Assembly (NCBI RefSeq): GCF_036365525.1
Contig: NW_027140453.1
Coordinates: 1,426,001 to 1,490,000 of the forward strand
Origin: Heterodontus francisci
Lineage: Eukaryota
Direction of reading: 5' to 3'
DNA length: 64,000 nucleotides
Shown here: piece after piece, positions 1 through 12,411 of the stretch
How positions within the stretch are numbered: the stretch's first letter is position 1
Layout of the letters: each line of letters starts with the position of its first letter
Made by a program: the position numbers and the translations under genes
Notes under the pieces: model-generated
What the model saw: only the letters and a program-made list of their open reading frames with translations
What the model was told of the DNA's origin: nothing
Databases searched by the model: none

Positions 1-392
1 GACAGAGATGACAAATATATATATATGATCGAGATAAATAGATAGATAAATGGTGCAAATAACCATAAATGGACAGCTAGATCGATAAATAGATAGATAC
101 AGATGGATAGATAGATAGATAGATAGATAGATACAGATGGATTGATAGATACAGATAGATAGATAGAGACAGAGAGACAGACAGACAGACAGGCAAACAC
201 AAAGATAGATAGACACAGATAGATTTATAGATAGATTGATAGACACATAGATAGATAGAAAGATAGATAGACATAGATAGATACAGATCGATAGACAGAT
301 AGACAGATAGATAGATGCAGAGACGCACAAAGAGACACAGAAACTCGCAGATAGTCCGAGAGACAGAAAGACACTGAGATAGACAGACAGGT
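1..392. repeat. (GATA/GACA)n microsatellite; similar tract at ~1190-1420
   Basis: Direct inspection. Confidence 0.9.
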
Positions 393-425
393 TTATCTCC
401 CACAAGTGCTTTCCTCCTCCTTTAG

Positions 426-464
426 AGTTTTTGCTGAACTCCGGCGCCTTTCTGAGTCACTGTG
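426..464 (-). promoter_or_regulatory. 23-RSS of V1
   Basis: CACAGTG (464..458), 23-bp spacer, GCAAAAACT (434..426). Confidence 0.95.
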
Positions 465-765
465 CTGACTCCAGGCACAGTAATACACGGCTGATTGATT
501 CGCCCACAGGCTGGAGGACTCCAGGTGAAAATGGGTGTTGTCGGGTCTCCTGGCGGTGAAACCGTCCACCTCACCGGAGGGAATGACCGTTCCGGCAGAG
601 GTGGAATAGAAAAGGTTCTCGGGCTTATGGTCCAGATACCACCAGTACCGGTAGAATGCGGAGCCAGCTACTGCTTCTGTGTAAATACACTGGATATTGA
701 CTGGACAGCCTGGGGAATGGGATATGGAAGCGGGAGACTGTTGGTTCAGCACGGCCCCTACATCT

Positions 766-797
<32 letters not shown>

Positions 798-1086
798 AAG
801 ATAGAGATACCCCCAGGGACAAGATTTAAATTGGACATCGGCCACGATGAGGGGACAGGCACAATGGGCCGAACGATCTCCTGTGTGCCCGAAATGTCCC
901 GTGTTTCATTGTAAAAAGGGAGAGGTGGGAGAGGGAGAGATGCACAGAGAGAGAGAGAGAGACTCAGAGAAAGACATAGAATGATATAGAGTGAGAAAAA
1001 AGGAGAGAAGCAGAGACAGAGAGAGAGAGTAAGAGAGAGAGGGAAGCACACAGACAGAGGGAGAAAAACAGCAACAATCTATACAT
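465..1086 (-). CDS. TRBV: TCR V segment V1 (TRBV-like, CAWS family); open frame but conserved Trp41 replaced by Arg
   Basis: V exon 763..465 follows a TTTTACAG acceptor: VGAVLNQQSPASISHSPGCPVNIQC...FYRYWWYLDHKPENLFYS...FTARRPDNTHFHLESSSLWANQSAVYYCAWS. The LFYS, RP..F.L.S and CAWS motifs resemble mammalian TRBV30-type V. Candidate 37-nt leader 1086..1050 (MYRLLLFFSLCL+T) has a weak GTGCTT donor; phase 1 fits. A 23-RSS follows. Confidence 0.85.
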
Positions 1087-3084
1087 GGACAACAGACGTG
1101 AAGGAGCTCAGAGGACAGGGAGAGAGAGAAAGAGAGACAGAGAGAAAGGGAGAGTGGGAGGGACAGACATAGAGGTACATATATCGTTAGACAGAGAGAA
1201 AGAGATATGTAAATAAATATTGATAGATAGAGATTCTATATAGATAGGTAATGAAATAGGCAGATATACAGATAATTGGATAACATAGATAGACAGATAG
1301 ATACAGTGATGCATCGAGAGACAGATAAATGGACGGAGAGATAGATAGATATGAAGATAGATATGCAGATTCATAGATAGATAGATCCAGAGAAAGGGAG
1401 ATACAGAGAGATAGATGGTGCAATAGACATTCTGATAAATCCAGAGGTGTAATGAACAACAATACTGTCATGTATGGGGTAAATATCACTCTAACACGTG
1501 CTTTTATAGTTTAGCTGCCAGTCTTAAAAATAAAGTACTGTTGTTCTGAAGGATTCACTATCACACCATTTGTACAAAATGAATACATTTTATTTACCTT
1601 CCAAGCACTAATCTGCGCACGGGATACAGATGTCCACTCCCCTTTGTGTGAAGAAGTACTTCCTGACTTCACTCCTGAATAGCCTGGCTCGAATTTTGGG
1701 TTTAGACCACCTTGTTCTACCCCCGTGCCCCGCCCCCAACAAGAGGAAGCAGTTTATCTCCATCTCGCCGATCAACCCATTCAATCATTTTAAACACCTC
1801 AGTCAAATCACCATTTAATCTTCTCTACCCGAGGGAATAAAGAACAAGCAATGTAAACATGTTGGGTGCTGCATTTCCTTCACACTTGATTAACTGATCA
1901 AAGATATTTTCAGATTCTCCGACCACAGGGAATCGATCATAGAATCAGAGACTGGTTACAGTACAGAAGGAGGCCATTCATCCCATCGAGTCCATGCCAG
2001 CTCTCTGCAAGATCAACCCAGCTAGTGCAACTCCTCCTATCTCTCCTGTCAATTCAATTTGTCGCCATAACCACCTGCAAATTCCTCTGCGCTGTTTCCT
2101 TCGCATACTCATGTGGAAGGACTTTGTCAGCACAACACAGCAACAGAATCGCATTGTACAGAGAGACACAGAGACAGGAAAGGCACCGTCAGGATGTGTG
2201 GTTATCAGAGTGCAGCTGTAAATGTTTCAACATGTTCACGGATGCAGCAAGAAAAAAAAACAGCCTGTTCTGTGGGTTTGCCCTGCACACATTTGTATTT
2301 TTCCACTCCTAGGCCTGAGGCAAAACAGTAGGTTAAAGGGTAAGGTAGCAAAGTGTTATGTTCCTGGGCTATTAATGTAAAGGCCTGGGCTAATAACCTG
2401 GAGATGTGAATTCAAATCCCAGCATGCTGGATTATTTCAATTCCCTTCATTAGATAAAGCTGGAATTGATGAAAAGCTGCTCTCAGTCATGGTGAACATT
2501 AACCTACAGTATTGGACAAAAAACTCATCGTCACTGAGATAAAGAAACCTGCCATCCTTATCCGGTCTGGCCTAAGAGGTGACTCCAGTCCCACAACAAT
2601 ATGGTTGATTCTTAAAAGGCCCTCTGCATTGGCCGGGCAAGACAGTCGGTCGTACAAAAGCTGTGACGGGAACAGACAGCAATGGGGGTTGGCTCATCGC
2701 CATCTTCTCAAGGACGGTGAGGTGGTGGGCACTGAATTCTGCATAACAGTGTCACAACCACATCCTGTGAATGAAAGCAGATAGAGAGATTGAGAAATAT
2801 AATTGAATAGAGGCCTCAACACGGGTGTGTGTACACTGCATGGCCTGTCCTCACCCCCAGACACATCATCTGGTCTGTTTCAATCTTTCCCCTCACTGCT
2901 CTGTAGCTAACCCCAGCCTCCTCCATGCAAGCGATACATGCACAGTTACTTGGCTGAGCTCCCATCCAGCAACCCTCATTAACACTCCCGAGCAACCCTC
3001 CATCCTAAACTCCCACAAAATGCTCATGTGCCGGCTGTGTTATTTCCACCTACTTCACCAATCCCTTTCAACACCCCTAAATGT

Positions 3085-3890
3085 TGGTGTTGTTCTCCTG
3101 CTGAAGATGTTGTTGAATTTGTTGGTGTCTTCTTCCGACTGAAGTTGTTGGTGAACTTCTTGGTGCCTTCTTCTGACTGAAGTTGTTGTTGAATTAGTTG
3201 GTGCCTTCTTCTGACTGAAGTTGTTGTTGAATTTGTTGGTGCTTTCTTCCGACTGAAGTTGTTGTTGGATTTTTGGTGTTTTTCTCTCCTGCTGAAGTTA
3301 TTGTTGGATTTGTTGGGTTTTGTTTTACTGCAGCTGAAGTTGTTGTTGTATTTGTTGGTGTTTTTCTCCTGCTGAAGTTATTGTTGAATTTGTTGGTGTT
3401 TTTCTACTGCTGAAGTTGTTGTTGAATTGTGGGGCTTTTTAACTGTTGCTGAAGTTGTTGTTGTATTCGTTGATGTTTTTTCCTGCTGATGTTGTTGTTG
3501 AATCTGTTGGTGTTCTTTACTGCCTGCTGACTTTGTTGTTGAATTTTTTGGTGTTTTTCTCCTGCTGAAGTTGTTGTTGTATTCATTGATTTTTTTTTTT
3601 CCCTGCTGTAGTTGTTGTTGAATTTGTTGGTGTTCTTTAATCCCTGCTGACTTTGTTGTTGAATGTTTTGGTGTTTTTCTCCTGCTGAAGTTGTTGTTGT
3701 ATATGTTGAATTTTTTTTCCCGCTAATGTTGTTGAATTTGTGTGTTTTTCTCCTGCTGAAGTTGTTGTTGTAATCGTTGATTTTTTTTTTCCTGCTGAAG
3801 TTGTTGAATTTGTTGGTGCTTTTCACCTGTTGAAGTTGTTGTTGAATTTGTTGGTATTTTTCTTGAATTTGTTGCTGTTTTACTCCTGTG
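3085..3890. repeat. ~37-38 bp TTG/AAC-rich minisatellite (TGAAGTTGTTGTTGAATTTGTTGGTGTTTTTCTCCTGC)
   Basis: Degenerate tandem units. Same family at ~10560-10910, 13065-13370, 16000-16500, 18005-18300, 19420-19650, 46605-46920, 48060-48300, in both orientations. Confidence 0.85.
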
Positions 3891-4309
3891 ATGCAGTGTT
3901 AGAGGGGGCCAATTTGCTACCAATAATATTGTCCTCCTCGGCACAGATGCCACCGGATGTAAGGAACTATGCATAATGATCCAACAACAAAGCATGTGCT
4001 TAGACTACACAGGTCAATGTGTTGAACAAATGAGAAACATTTCATTGGCTAGTATTGGGTTTTGTTTTGGTGACATCCTGGGACTGTGCAGAGGACAACC
4101 TCTGATGTCCAGAAGGGCAGAACTGCACAGTCAGAGGGGGCAATCCTCAGCAATGATTATCCTCCAATCAAAATTGCTCCGACAATAACCACAGATGATC
4201 TGGACATTATTGCCTGTTTGATGGATCTTGCTTTGTAGAAACTGGCTGCCACTGTTCCTATCTTGCAACAGTGGCTGCACTTTGAAGAAGTACTAGCAAC
4301 GAATATGGG

Positions 4310-4930
4310 ATTAGTAAAGCACTCGGGTTCTTGGGCTTTATAAATGGAAGCATGGAGCACAAGCGCTGGGAAGCTATGATGAACATTTCCAAAGCTCTGG
4401 TTAGGCTGTAACTGGAAGTTTGCGTTCAGTTCTGGTCACCACACTTCAGGAAGGATGTGAGTGTCCATGACAGGGTGCAGAGGAGATTTTACCAGAATGG
4501 TTCCAGGGATGTTACATGGTTATTTTGGAGAATCTGGGGTTGTTTACCTTGGTGCAAAGGCAATTGAGAGGAGATCTGATAGAGGAAACAAGATTGTGAC
4601 AGTGTTAGTTGAGGTAGACAGAGTAAACCTGTTCCCATTAGTGGATGGTGCAAGGACTATTGGTCAAAGATTGATGATTCTGGACAATAGATACTGGGGT
4701 ATTTGAGGAAGAACCTCTATACACAGTGAGTGGTAACAACAGGGAATTGACTGCCTACCAGGGTGTTGGAAGTGGAGACAATGAATGATTTCAAAAGGAA
4801 ATTGAATGGATACCTGAAGGAGATAATCTTGCTGGGCCGCAGGGATAGAGAGGGGGAATGGGCTTGACAGGATTGCATGGACTCGATGGGCCGAATGGCC
4901 TCCTTCTGTACCATACTGGCTGTATGACTT
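4310..4930 (+). mobile_element. CR1 LINE 3' fragment
   Basis: Degenerate LVRxxLE...VQFWSPHFRKDV...RFTRMVPG coding and GGCCGAATGGCCTCCTTCTGT 3' tail. Confidence 0.8.
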
Positions 4931-5079
4931 TCTGGCTAACTGACTGTAAAGTGTTTTCAGATGACATGGTGTTGCAAAGGTCACCAATAGGGATACACAG
5001 GGGCTCGATGGTTTGCTGAGCTTTCCAGACGATGCTTCTCACAGGTGGGTGTTTTAGGGGCAGGTTGGGAGAGTGAGGA

Positions 5080-5118
5080 TGTTTTTGTCTCACTCTGCCG
5101 CAGGGTTGTATCGCTGTG
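5080..5118 (-). promoter_or_regulatory. 23-RSS of V2
   Basis: CACAGCG (5118..5112), 23-bp spacer, ACAAAAACA (5088..5080). Confidence 0.93.
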
Positions 5119-5738
5119 CCCATACTCGCTGCACAGTAGTAGGTCGCAGTGTCTGTCGGCTGGGGGTCGACCAGCTGCAGGGAGAATCGGTTGCTTGCAG
5201 AGTCTTGTTGCACAGTGAACCGCTTCTCAAAGCCTGGCCCACAGCTGCCGTGCTCATTGCACATCCACTTTACTGCCTTCCCCTCCTGCCTGTACCAGTG
5301 CATGGTGTAGCTGCCCATGCTGGCTCCCTCCAAGCTGCAGCCGAGGGCGAGGGGCTTCCCCGGTCGAATAGAAGCCGCAGCTGGAGTCTGGATCACAGTG
5401 GGTGCAGACTGAACCCCTGGAACACATTCCATAAAAGAAAGTAATTCAGAATCATGGAAGGAAAATGGTAGCATAAATCATAAAATCTAACAGAATAGAA
5501 AGAGGCCGTTCTGCCCATCGTATCTGCTGTTTGAAAGAGCTATCGAGTTAGTCGCACTTGCCCCTGCTCCTACCCCATTGCCCTCCCAATTTCCCTGCTC
5601 CAAGCCCTGATCCAATAGCCATTTGGGAGATTACTATTGAATCTACTTCCACCTGCTGAAGGGATAGTACTTACACCAAATCCAATGTCCAAGCAATAAG
5701 ATGACCAAGATTGAGATGTTTTTAGCTGAGAGTGCCAT
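5119..5738 (-). CDS. TRBV: TCR V segment V2, apparently functional (leader + V exon, CAAS ending)
   Basis: Leader 5738..5675 MALSAKNISILVILLLGHWIW with GTAAGT donor. Acceptor TTCCAG precedes V exon 5416..5119: VQSAPTVIQTP...LGCSLEGASMGSYTMHWYRQ...RFTVQQDSASNRFSLQLVDPQPTDTATYYCAAS. Cys23, Trp41 and Cys104 intact, no stops. The beta-chain assignment is inference from motifs and neighbours. Confidence 0.88.
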
Positions 5739-6019
5739 CGCCCTTCTCAGAAGCAGAGAGGCAGCCCTTACTGAGCAACAAGCCAGCGCCTGGTAAATGG
5801 AAATGCCACCACTTGTGATGAAGAGAGTGGAATGATTGGCCGCCCATCCTGTACCTCGACCACGCCTGTCAGCAGAGTGAACAAATGAGGAGCACTTCCG
5901 TCGGCAACATTGCTGTTATTTATGCAGATTGCTGCAAGCCCCTTAGCCCGACTTTCCCTCTTCCCTTCCCAACATTCCCACCTTTCCTTCGATGGAATAT
6001 TGCCTTATTTTTTGATTGG

Positions 6020-7530
6020 CTGTCCATGCGAAAGTTAGGTAGGAAAACAAATTGTGAGGAGGGTACAAAGAGTCTGCAGAGGGTTATAGATAGGTTAAGT
6101 GAGTTGGGCAAAAAATTGGCAGATGGAGTATACTGTGGGCAAATGTGAGCTTGCCCAATTTGGCAGGAAGAATGGGAATTCAGAATATTATTTAAATAGA
6201 GAGACACTGCAGGACTCCACAGTACAGAGGGATCTGGGTGTCCTGGTACGTGAATCACAAAAAGTCAGCATGTAGTTACAGCGCGTGATTAGGAAGGCAA
6301 ATGAAATGTTGTTGTTTATTGCAAGGGGAATCGAATTCAAAAGTAGGGAAGTGTTGCTACAGCTGTACAGGGCCTTAGTTAGAATTAGAATTAGAATATT
6401 ACAGCGCAGTACAGGCCCTTCGGCCCTCGATGTTGCGCCGATCATCTGACCTACACTATTCCATTTACATCCATATGTCTATCCAATGACCACTTAAATG
6501 CCCTTAAAGTTGGCGAGTCTGGAGTAATGTGGACTGTTTTGGTCTGAATAATTGTCTTATGAGGAAATGTTGAGCAGTTTGAGCCGATACCCACTGGAGT
6601 TTAGAAGAATGAGAGGTGATCTTATCGAAACATGTCATATTTTAAGGGGGATTGACAGCGTGGAAACCGAGAGGATGTTTCCCCCTGGTGGGCGAATCTA
6701 GAACTAGGCAGCATAATTTCAAAATAAGTGATTGGCAGATGGAGTATAATGTGGGGAAAATTGAGGTTGTTCACTTTGGTTGCAAGAATATAACTTTTTA
6801 CAAGGCGTGAATCTTCTCGATGTTGCTGTTCAGAGAAAATTGGGTGTCCCCCTACATGAAACACAGTAACTTCACATGCAGGTGCAGCAAGAAATTAGCA
6901 AGGCAAATGGCCTGTTGGCCTTTATTGCAAGTGGGATTGGAGTACAGGAATAAGGAAGTCTTGTTACAATTGGCCAGTGCTTTGGTAAGATCACATCTGC
7001 CTTACTGTACGCAGTTTTGGTCTCCACATCCGAGGAAGGCTACACTTGCCTTGGTGGCAGTACAGCGAAGGGTCACTCCATTGTTTCCTGGGATGAAAGG
7101 TTTGTCCTAATATGAGAGGGCCTGTAGTCTATGGAGTTTAGAAGAATGAAAGGTGATCTCAGTGAAACATACAAGATTCTGAAGGTGCTTGACTGGGTAG
7201 ACACTGAGAAGTTGTTTCCCCTGGCTGGGGAATCTAGTATAGCCTAAGGATGAGGGGCCAAGCATTTGGGACTGAGATAAGGAGAGGTTTCTTCACTCAA
7301 AGGGTGGTAAATCTTTGGAATTCCCTACCCCCGGGGGTGGTGGATGCTCCATTATTGAATATATTTAAGGCTGGGATAGACAGATATGTGGTGACTGATG
7401 GACTGAAGGGATATGGGGAGCGGGTGGAAAAGTGGAGTTGAGTTAGAGGATCAGTCATGATGGAATTGAATGACAGAGTAGGATCGACGGGCCGAATGGT
7501 CTACTCCTGCTCCGATTTCTCATGTTATTC
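6020..7530 (+). mobile_element. Cluster of CR1 LINE 3' fragments
   Basis: LEYRNKEVLLQL...LVRSHLPYCTQFWSPH; FFTQRVVNLWNSLP; 3' tail at ~7490-7530. Confidence 0.8.
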
Positions 7531-7879
7531 TGAAATCTAGTCATTTGATTCATGATGATTCCATTAACACAATCTAAAAGCCCGTTAACTTTAACTGCAG
7601 GCTCTTTACATCAGTGTTCACCCTTCAATGATCAGACCAGAATAATTCTCTGCTGGCCTCATTCAGTATCTTCCCTGCAAGTGATACTTGGATTCATTTT
7701 TGGCCCCATCAACGTACATAACACAACATTTGCCTAAATTTAATGCCAGTTGCCATTGTGTGGCCTTATCCCCTGCCACAGGGAAATCACTTTGGATTCC
7801 ACAGGACCCCTCTACTGTCTTAACCCGTGCAAAGATTTTAGTGACATCTGCAAACATTCTTTTATTATTTCATTGGATG

Positions 7880-8260
7880 TGGGAGTCACTGGCCAGGCCA
7901 GCAATTATTGCCCATCCCTAATCGCCCTTGAGAAGGTGGTGGTGAGCTGCCTTCTTGAACCACTGCAGTCCATGTAAGGTGGGCACACCCACAGTGCTGT
8001 TAGGAAGGGAGTTCCAGGATTTTGACCCAGCGACAGTGAAGGAACGGCCGATACAGTTCCAAGTCAGGATGGTGTGTGGCTTGGAGGGGAACTTGCAGGT
8101 GGTGGTGTTGGCATGCGTTTGCTGCACTTGTCCTTCTAGATTGAGGTCGCGGGTTTGGAAGGTGCTGTCGAAGGAGCCTTGGTGCGTTACTGCAGTGCAT
8201 TGTGTAGCTGGTACACACTGCTGCCACTGTGCGTCTGTGGCGGAGGGAGTGAATATTTAA
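7880..8260 (-). mobile_element. 3' end of a second CR1-clade LINE family (copies at 13390-13780, 18320-19410, 46930-48050)
   Basis: FPSKPHTILTW...GSKSWNSLPNSTVG...FKKAAHHHLLKG C-terminus. Confidence 0.8.
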
Positions 8261-8423
8261 GGTGGTGTTTGCTTAGTTAGATTCCCCCAGCTGCTGTGGT
8301 GGGATTTGAACTCTTGTGCTCTGGATCATTCGGCCGAAGCCTCAGGATTACTAGTCCCAGTAACATAACAGCAATGCTACCGTACCCCCAGAGACTGGGG
8401 TAAGGTGTATTACACAATTCCCA

Positions 8424-8462
8424 AGTTTTTGCCGTGTTTCCTTGCATTCTAGGTACACTGTG
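8424..8462 (-). promoter_or_regulatory. 23-RSS of V3
   Basis: CACAGTG (8462..8456), 23-bp spacer, GCAAAAACT (8432..8424). Confidence 0.93.
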
Positions 8463-8944
8463 TGTATCCTTGTGAGCCCCACAGTAGTAAGTGCTGTTGT
8501 CTTGGACTCGGGAGCTTTTCCAGGACAGAGTGAAAGTGTTGGCCTGAGTCTTGTGCTGGGTTTCAATCCTTTTCCTGTAGTTCAATGCAGAAAGTACACT
8601 CTATCTGATCCATTCCAGGCAGTCACCAATCTGCAATTACCAGTCCAAGCAACACTCAGTCATGTTTCCCTGCCCAATGCTTCTGTGGAACGTGGGTTCC
8701 TCCACGGGAACCAGAGCATTGACCACCGGGGACTGGAGAACCATCTAACATCTAACAAGATTCTTCACACAGTATGGCAGATCAATGGGGAGAGAACGAC
8801 AGGGGGCCACAGGGAGGGACAGAGGCAAAAGCAGAAGAGAGGGAGTAAGAAGGAGACAAATTATTCTTCTCCAGTCACGCTGCTACATTCATACTTATAT
8901 TTGCTCCACAGGTTAAGCCCAATTATAAATCAGATTTATTACAT
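8463..8944 (-). pseudogene. TCR V pseudogene V3 (CGA ending)
   Basis: 8744..8463 reads MVLQSPVVNALVPVEEPTFHRSIGQGNMTECCLDW*LQIGDCLEWIR*SVLS...NTFTLSWKSSRVQDNSTYYCGAHKDT: two stops, Cys23 lost. Decayed leader 8944..8899 has stops and an ATAAGT donor. Confidence 0.85.
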
Positions 8945-10220
8945 TGATAAAACTATAAATGCACCAAACTCGGAAGGATGAATACAAACCAATTCAGTCT
9001 GCATCTGAGTAAAAAGAAAATTGGTAATGTTTAATGATGATACTCGGTCAGAATAATCCTAACTGCTGTTCACATCAAGGAACAGTAAATTATTTCAATT
9101 TGGTTGACGAGGAGATTATGTATAGCAATGCATAAAGTAACTATTACGAACATTAATTTCATCAACAATGGGACCAAATGGGGACAGTGGTGTTTTGTGT
9201 CTTAAAGGTGGAAAGCAGGAATATGGAAAGCAGATCTCAAACTACTTTGAGATTCTTTTCAGAGGAGGAGGCTCGTTATAAGCAGTGTGATCAAACCGCC
9301 CCTGCTGCTGTGGAAACTGCAGATAGGTCAAATAACCAGTGTCACTGGCGTTGTATTCCTTGCAGAGCACCCTCTGACCACATCATACCAACAAAACCTT
9401 AGAGGGGAACAGAGCCGGACAGGCAGAGGCCATCCCGGGGAACCCCACATAGGGAGAAATAAAGAGAGAATGAGAGAGAGAGAACAACTGAGAGGAGGCA
9501 AGGGAGAGGTAGAGTTAGGCAAAGACAGAGAGAGAGAGAGACAGACAGACAGATCAACAAAGCCACTGAGAGATGGAATGATTCAGGGAAAATTAGTTGG
9601 AAAGAGAGAGAGAGAGAGATTGAGAGAACTAGTGACAGATAGAGAGAATGAGGCAATAGGAGGTGTAGAGACAGACAGGGAGAGACAGAGACAGAGCGAC
9701 ACAGAGACAGGAAATGAGAGGAGCTAGGCAGAATTAATTAGAGAGAGAGAGACAGAATGAGACTGAGTGCGTGTGAGAGAGAAATAGAGACAGACAGCAA
9801 GAGTAAGCGAGGAAATGAGAGGCGAGAAAGAGAGGGGAAGGAAAGAAGCGAGTGAGATAAAGAGAGAGAATGAGAATGGGTGTGTGTGTGAGAGACAGAA
9901 AAAGCAACAGAGCTGAGAGGAAATGAGAGAAGGAAAGAGAGACAGGGATAAAGAAAGAGAATGAGAGTGAGTGTGTGTGAGAGAGGAAAGATAACAAGAC
10001 CAACAGAGACAGAGAAACAGACATGACAAGAGAGAGTAAGGAAACAATTTTACAGAACAATGTAAACGATTTTTTTAAATCAATATTGGTGAAGTCTGAT
10101 GTGTTCCCTGGTCCTAGCTCGCCCTCTGCTGTCCCCCTGGAGGAGAAAACCCCCCAAAAATACAAAATCAACTGCAGCAGAAAAAAACACTAACAAATTC
10201 AACAATAACTTCAACAGGAA

Positions 10221-10560
10221 AAAAAAAGCACCAATGAAAAGGGCGACACAGAGGCCTCATTGTTAGCACCGCAGCCTCATAGCTCCAGCGACCCGTGTTC
10301 AATTCTGGGTACTGCCTGTGTGGAGTTTGCAAGTTCTCCCTGTGTCTGCGTACTTTCCTCTGGGTTCTCCGGATTCCTCCCACATGCCATTATAAATTAC
10401 CCGTGGTATAGGTAGGTGGTAGCGAAATACAGGGACAGGTGGGGATGTGGTAGGAATATGGAATTAGTGTAGGATTGGTATAAATGGGTGGTTGATGGTC
10501 GGCACAGACTTGGTGGGCCAAAGGGCCTGTTTCAGTGCTGTATCTGTAAACTAAACTCCA
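10221..10560 (+). mobile_element. tRNA-derived V-SINE (HE1-like)
   Basis: tRNA-like head with A/B boxes, GTGTGGAGTTTGCAAGTTCTCCCTGTGTCTGCGT core, CR1-like tail ending in TAAAC repeats; absent from the paralogous unit. Confidence 0.85.
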
Positions 10561-11039
10561 AACTAAACAACTTCAACAGGAAAAACACCAACAAATTCAA
10601 CAACAACTTATTACAGGAAAAACATCAACAAATTCAACAACAACTTCAACAGGACATAACACCAACAAATTCAACAACAACTGCAGCAGGATAAAAACAC
10701 CAACAAATTCAACAACAACCTCAACAGGAAAAACACCATCAAATTCAACAACAATTGCAACAGGAAAAACACCAACAATGCCAACAACAGCTTTAGCAGG
10801 AGAAAAACACCAACAAAGTCAACAACAACTTCAGCAGGAAAAACAGCAACAAATTCAACAACAACCTCAACAGGAAAAACACCAACAAACTCAACAACAA
10901 CTTCAGCAGGATCTGCACGTTGTCTGTTCCTGGGATCTTGCCTTGTAGAAAGTGGCTGCCACTGTTCCTACATTACATCAGGGGCTGTACTTCGAAACAG
11001 TAGCAAAGAATATGGGAATAGCAAAACCTATGAGATTAG

Positions 11040-12240
11040 CAAAAAATGCGAGATCTTGGGCTTCATAAATAGAGGCACTGCCTACAAAAACTGGGAAGTT
11101 ATGCTGAACCTTTATAATGCTCTAGTGAGGCCACAACTGGAGAATTGCATCCAGTTCAGGTCAAAACACTTTCGGAAGGAGGTGAGGGTCATTGAGAGGG
11201 TGCAGAGGAGATTTACCAGAATGGTTCCAGGAATGGAGGATTTCAGTTACAAGGTTAGGTTGGAGAAGCTGGGGTTGTTCTCCCTGGAGAAACTGAGATT
11301 GAGTGGAGACCTGATAGAGGTGTACAAGATTGTGACAGGTTTAGATAAAGATCACAAAGAAAAGCTGCTACTCATCCAGGAGTCAGTCCCCCAGCTCCAC
11401 TGACTTGTCCCACAGTGTTGGTGTTCCTGCTCCTCACCCAGGCGTCAGTCCTCCAGCTCCACTGACCAGTCCCACAGTGTTGGTGTTCCTGCTCCTCACC
11501 CAGGCGTCAGTCCCCCAGCTCCACTGACTAGTCCCACAGTGTTGGTGTTCCTGCTACTCACCCAGGCGTCAGTCCTCCAGCTCCACTGACTAGTCCCACA
11601 GTGTTGGTGTTCCTGCTGCTCACCCAGGAGTCAGTCCTCCAGCTCCACTGACTAGTCCCACAGTCTTGGTGTTCCTGCTTCTCACCCAGGCGTCAGTCCA
11701 CCAGCTCCACTGACTAGTCCCACAGTCTTGGTGTTCCTGCTCCTCGCTCCAGCTGCAGGGAATATACAGCACAGAAACAGGCCATTCGTTCCGATACATC
11801 CATGCTGGTCTTTTTGGTCCACACGAACGTTGTTCCACGCCCTCTTCATCTCGCCCCCAGGCAGATATCCTTCTGTTCCTCTCTCCCTCATGTCCTCTCC
11901 AGCTTCCCCCCAGCTTAAATATATCTTCCCTATTCCCCTCAGCCTGTGATAATGAGTTCCACATTCTCCCCATTCTCTGGGTGAAGATGTTTCTCCCGAA
12001 TTCCCAATTGGATTTATTGCTGACTGTCTTATATTGATGCCCCACCCCTTTTTCTAGTCTCACCCACAAATGAAAAAAATCTTCTCTACATTTATCTGAT
12101 CAAAAACCCTTTCATAATCTTAAAGAGCTCTGTCAGGGCATTCCTGAGCCTTCTCTTTTCAAGCGAAAAGAGCCCAATCTGTTCAGTCTTTTTCTGATCA
12201 TTATAACCTCCCAGTTCTGGTATCATCCTTGAAGATATTT
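11040..12240. mobile_element. Converging CR1 fragments (+ 11040-11370, - 11750-12240); paralogs at 16620-17500
   Basis: LGFINRG...LVRPQLENCIQF...RRFTRMVPGM on +; CR1 3' region on -. Confidence 0.8.
11371..11745. repeat. 62-bp tandem repeat x6
   Basis: CACAGT recurs at 11411, 11473, 11535, 11597, 11659, 11721; single unit in the paralog at ~16945-17010. Confidence 0.92.
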
Positions 12241-12372
12241 CCGTGCATCTTTTCCCCGACGTTCAATGCAACCTGTGTCTTCATCATGTCAAAGACATGT
12301 TCACACTGCAATAGGTAAACCCAACAGGAGACAGAGCTGCAGGCTTTTATCTGAAACAGGTGTTTCTGTTGG

Positions 12373-12411
12373 TGTTTTTATTGAACTGCTCCATCTCTCT
12401 GAGTCACTGTG
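12373..12411 (-). promoter_or_regulatory. 23-RSS of V4
   Basis: CACAGTG (12411..12405), 23-bp spacer, ATAAAAACA (12381..12373). Confidence 0.9.

Noticed and set aside
811-838. Alternative V1 leader MSNLNLVPG with GTATCT donor
   Set aside because: Not hydrophobic and implies a 47-nt intron; 1086..1050 is the better candidate.
3404-3995. Gln/Asn-rich ORFs in AAC repeats, and Leu/Ser-rich ORFs in AG/GATA tracts
   Set aside because: Low-complexity repeat translation.
5915-5930. Octamer-like ATGCAGAT upstream of V2 and CTGCAAAT upstream of V4
   Set aside because: Imperfect and not shared across V families; insufficient to call a promoter element or an Ig identity.
8442-8981. Plus-strand ORFs antisense to V3 (179 aa) and V5 (138 aa)
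   Set aside because: Non-ATG starts, no recognisable domain, different stop positions; similarity is explained by the duplication.
11371-11745. CRISPR-like appearance of the hairpin-containing 62-bp repeat
   Set aside because: Units are contiguous with no unique spacers; vertebrate context, no cas genes.
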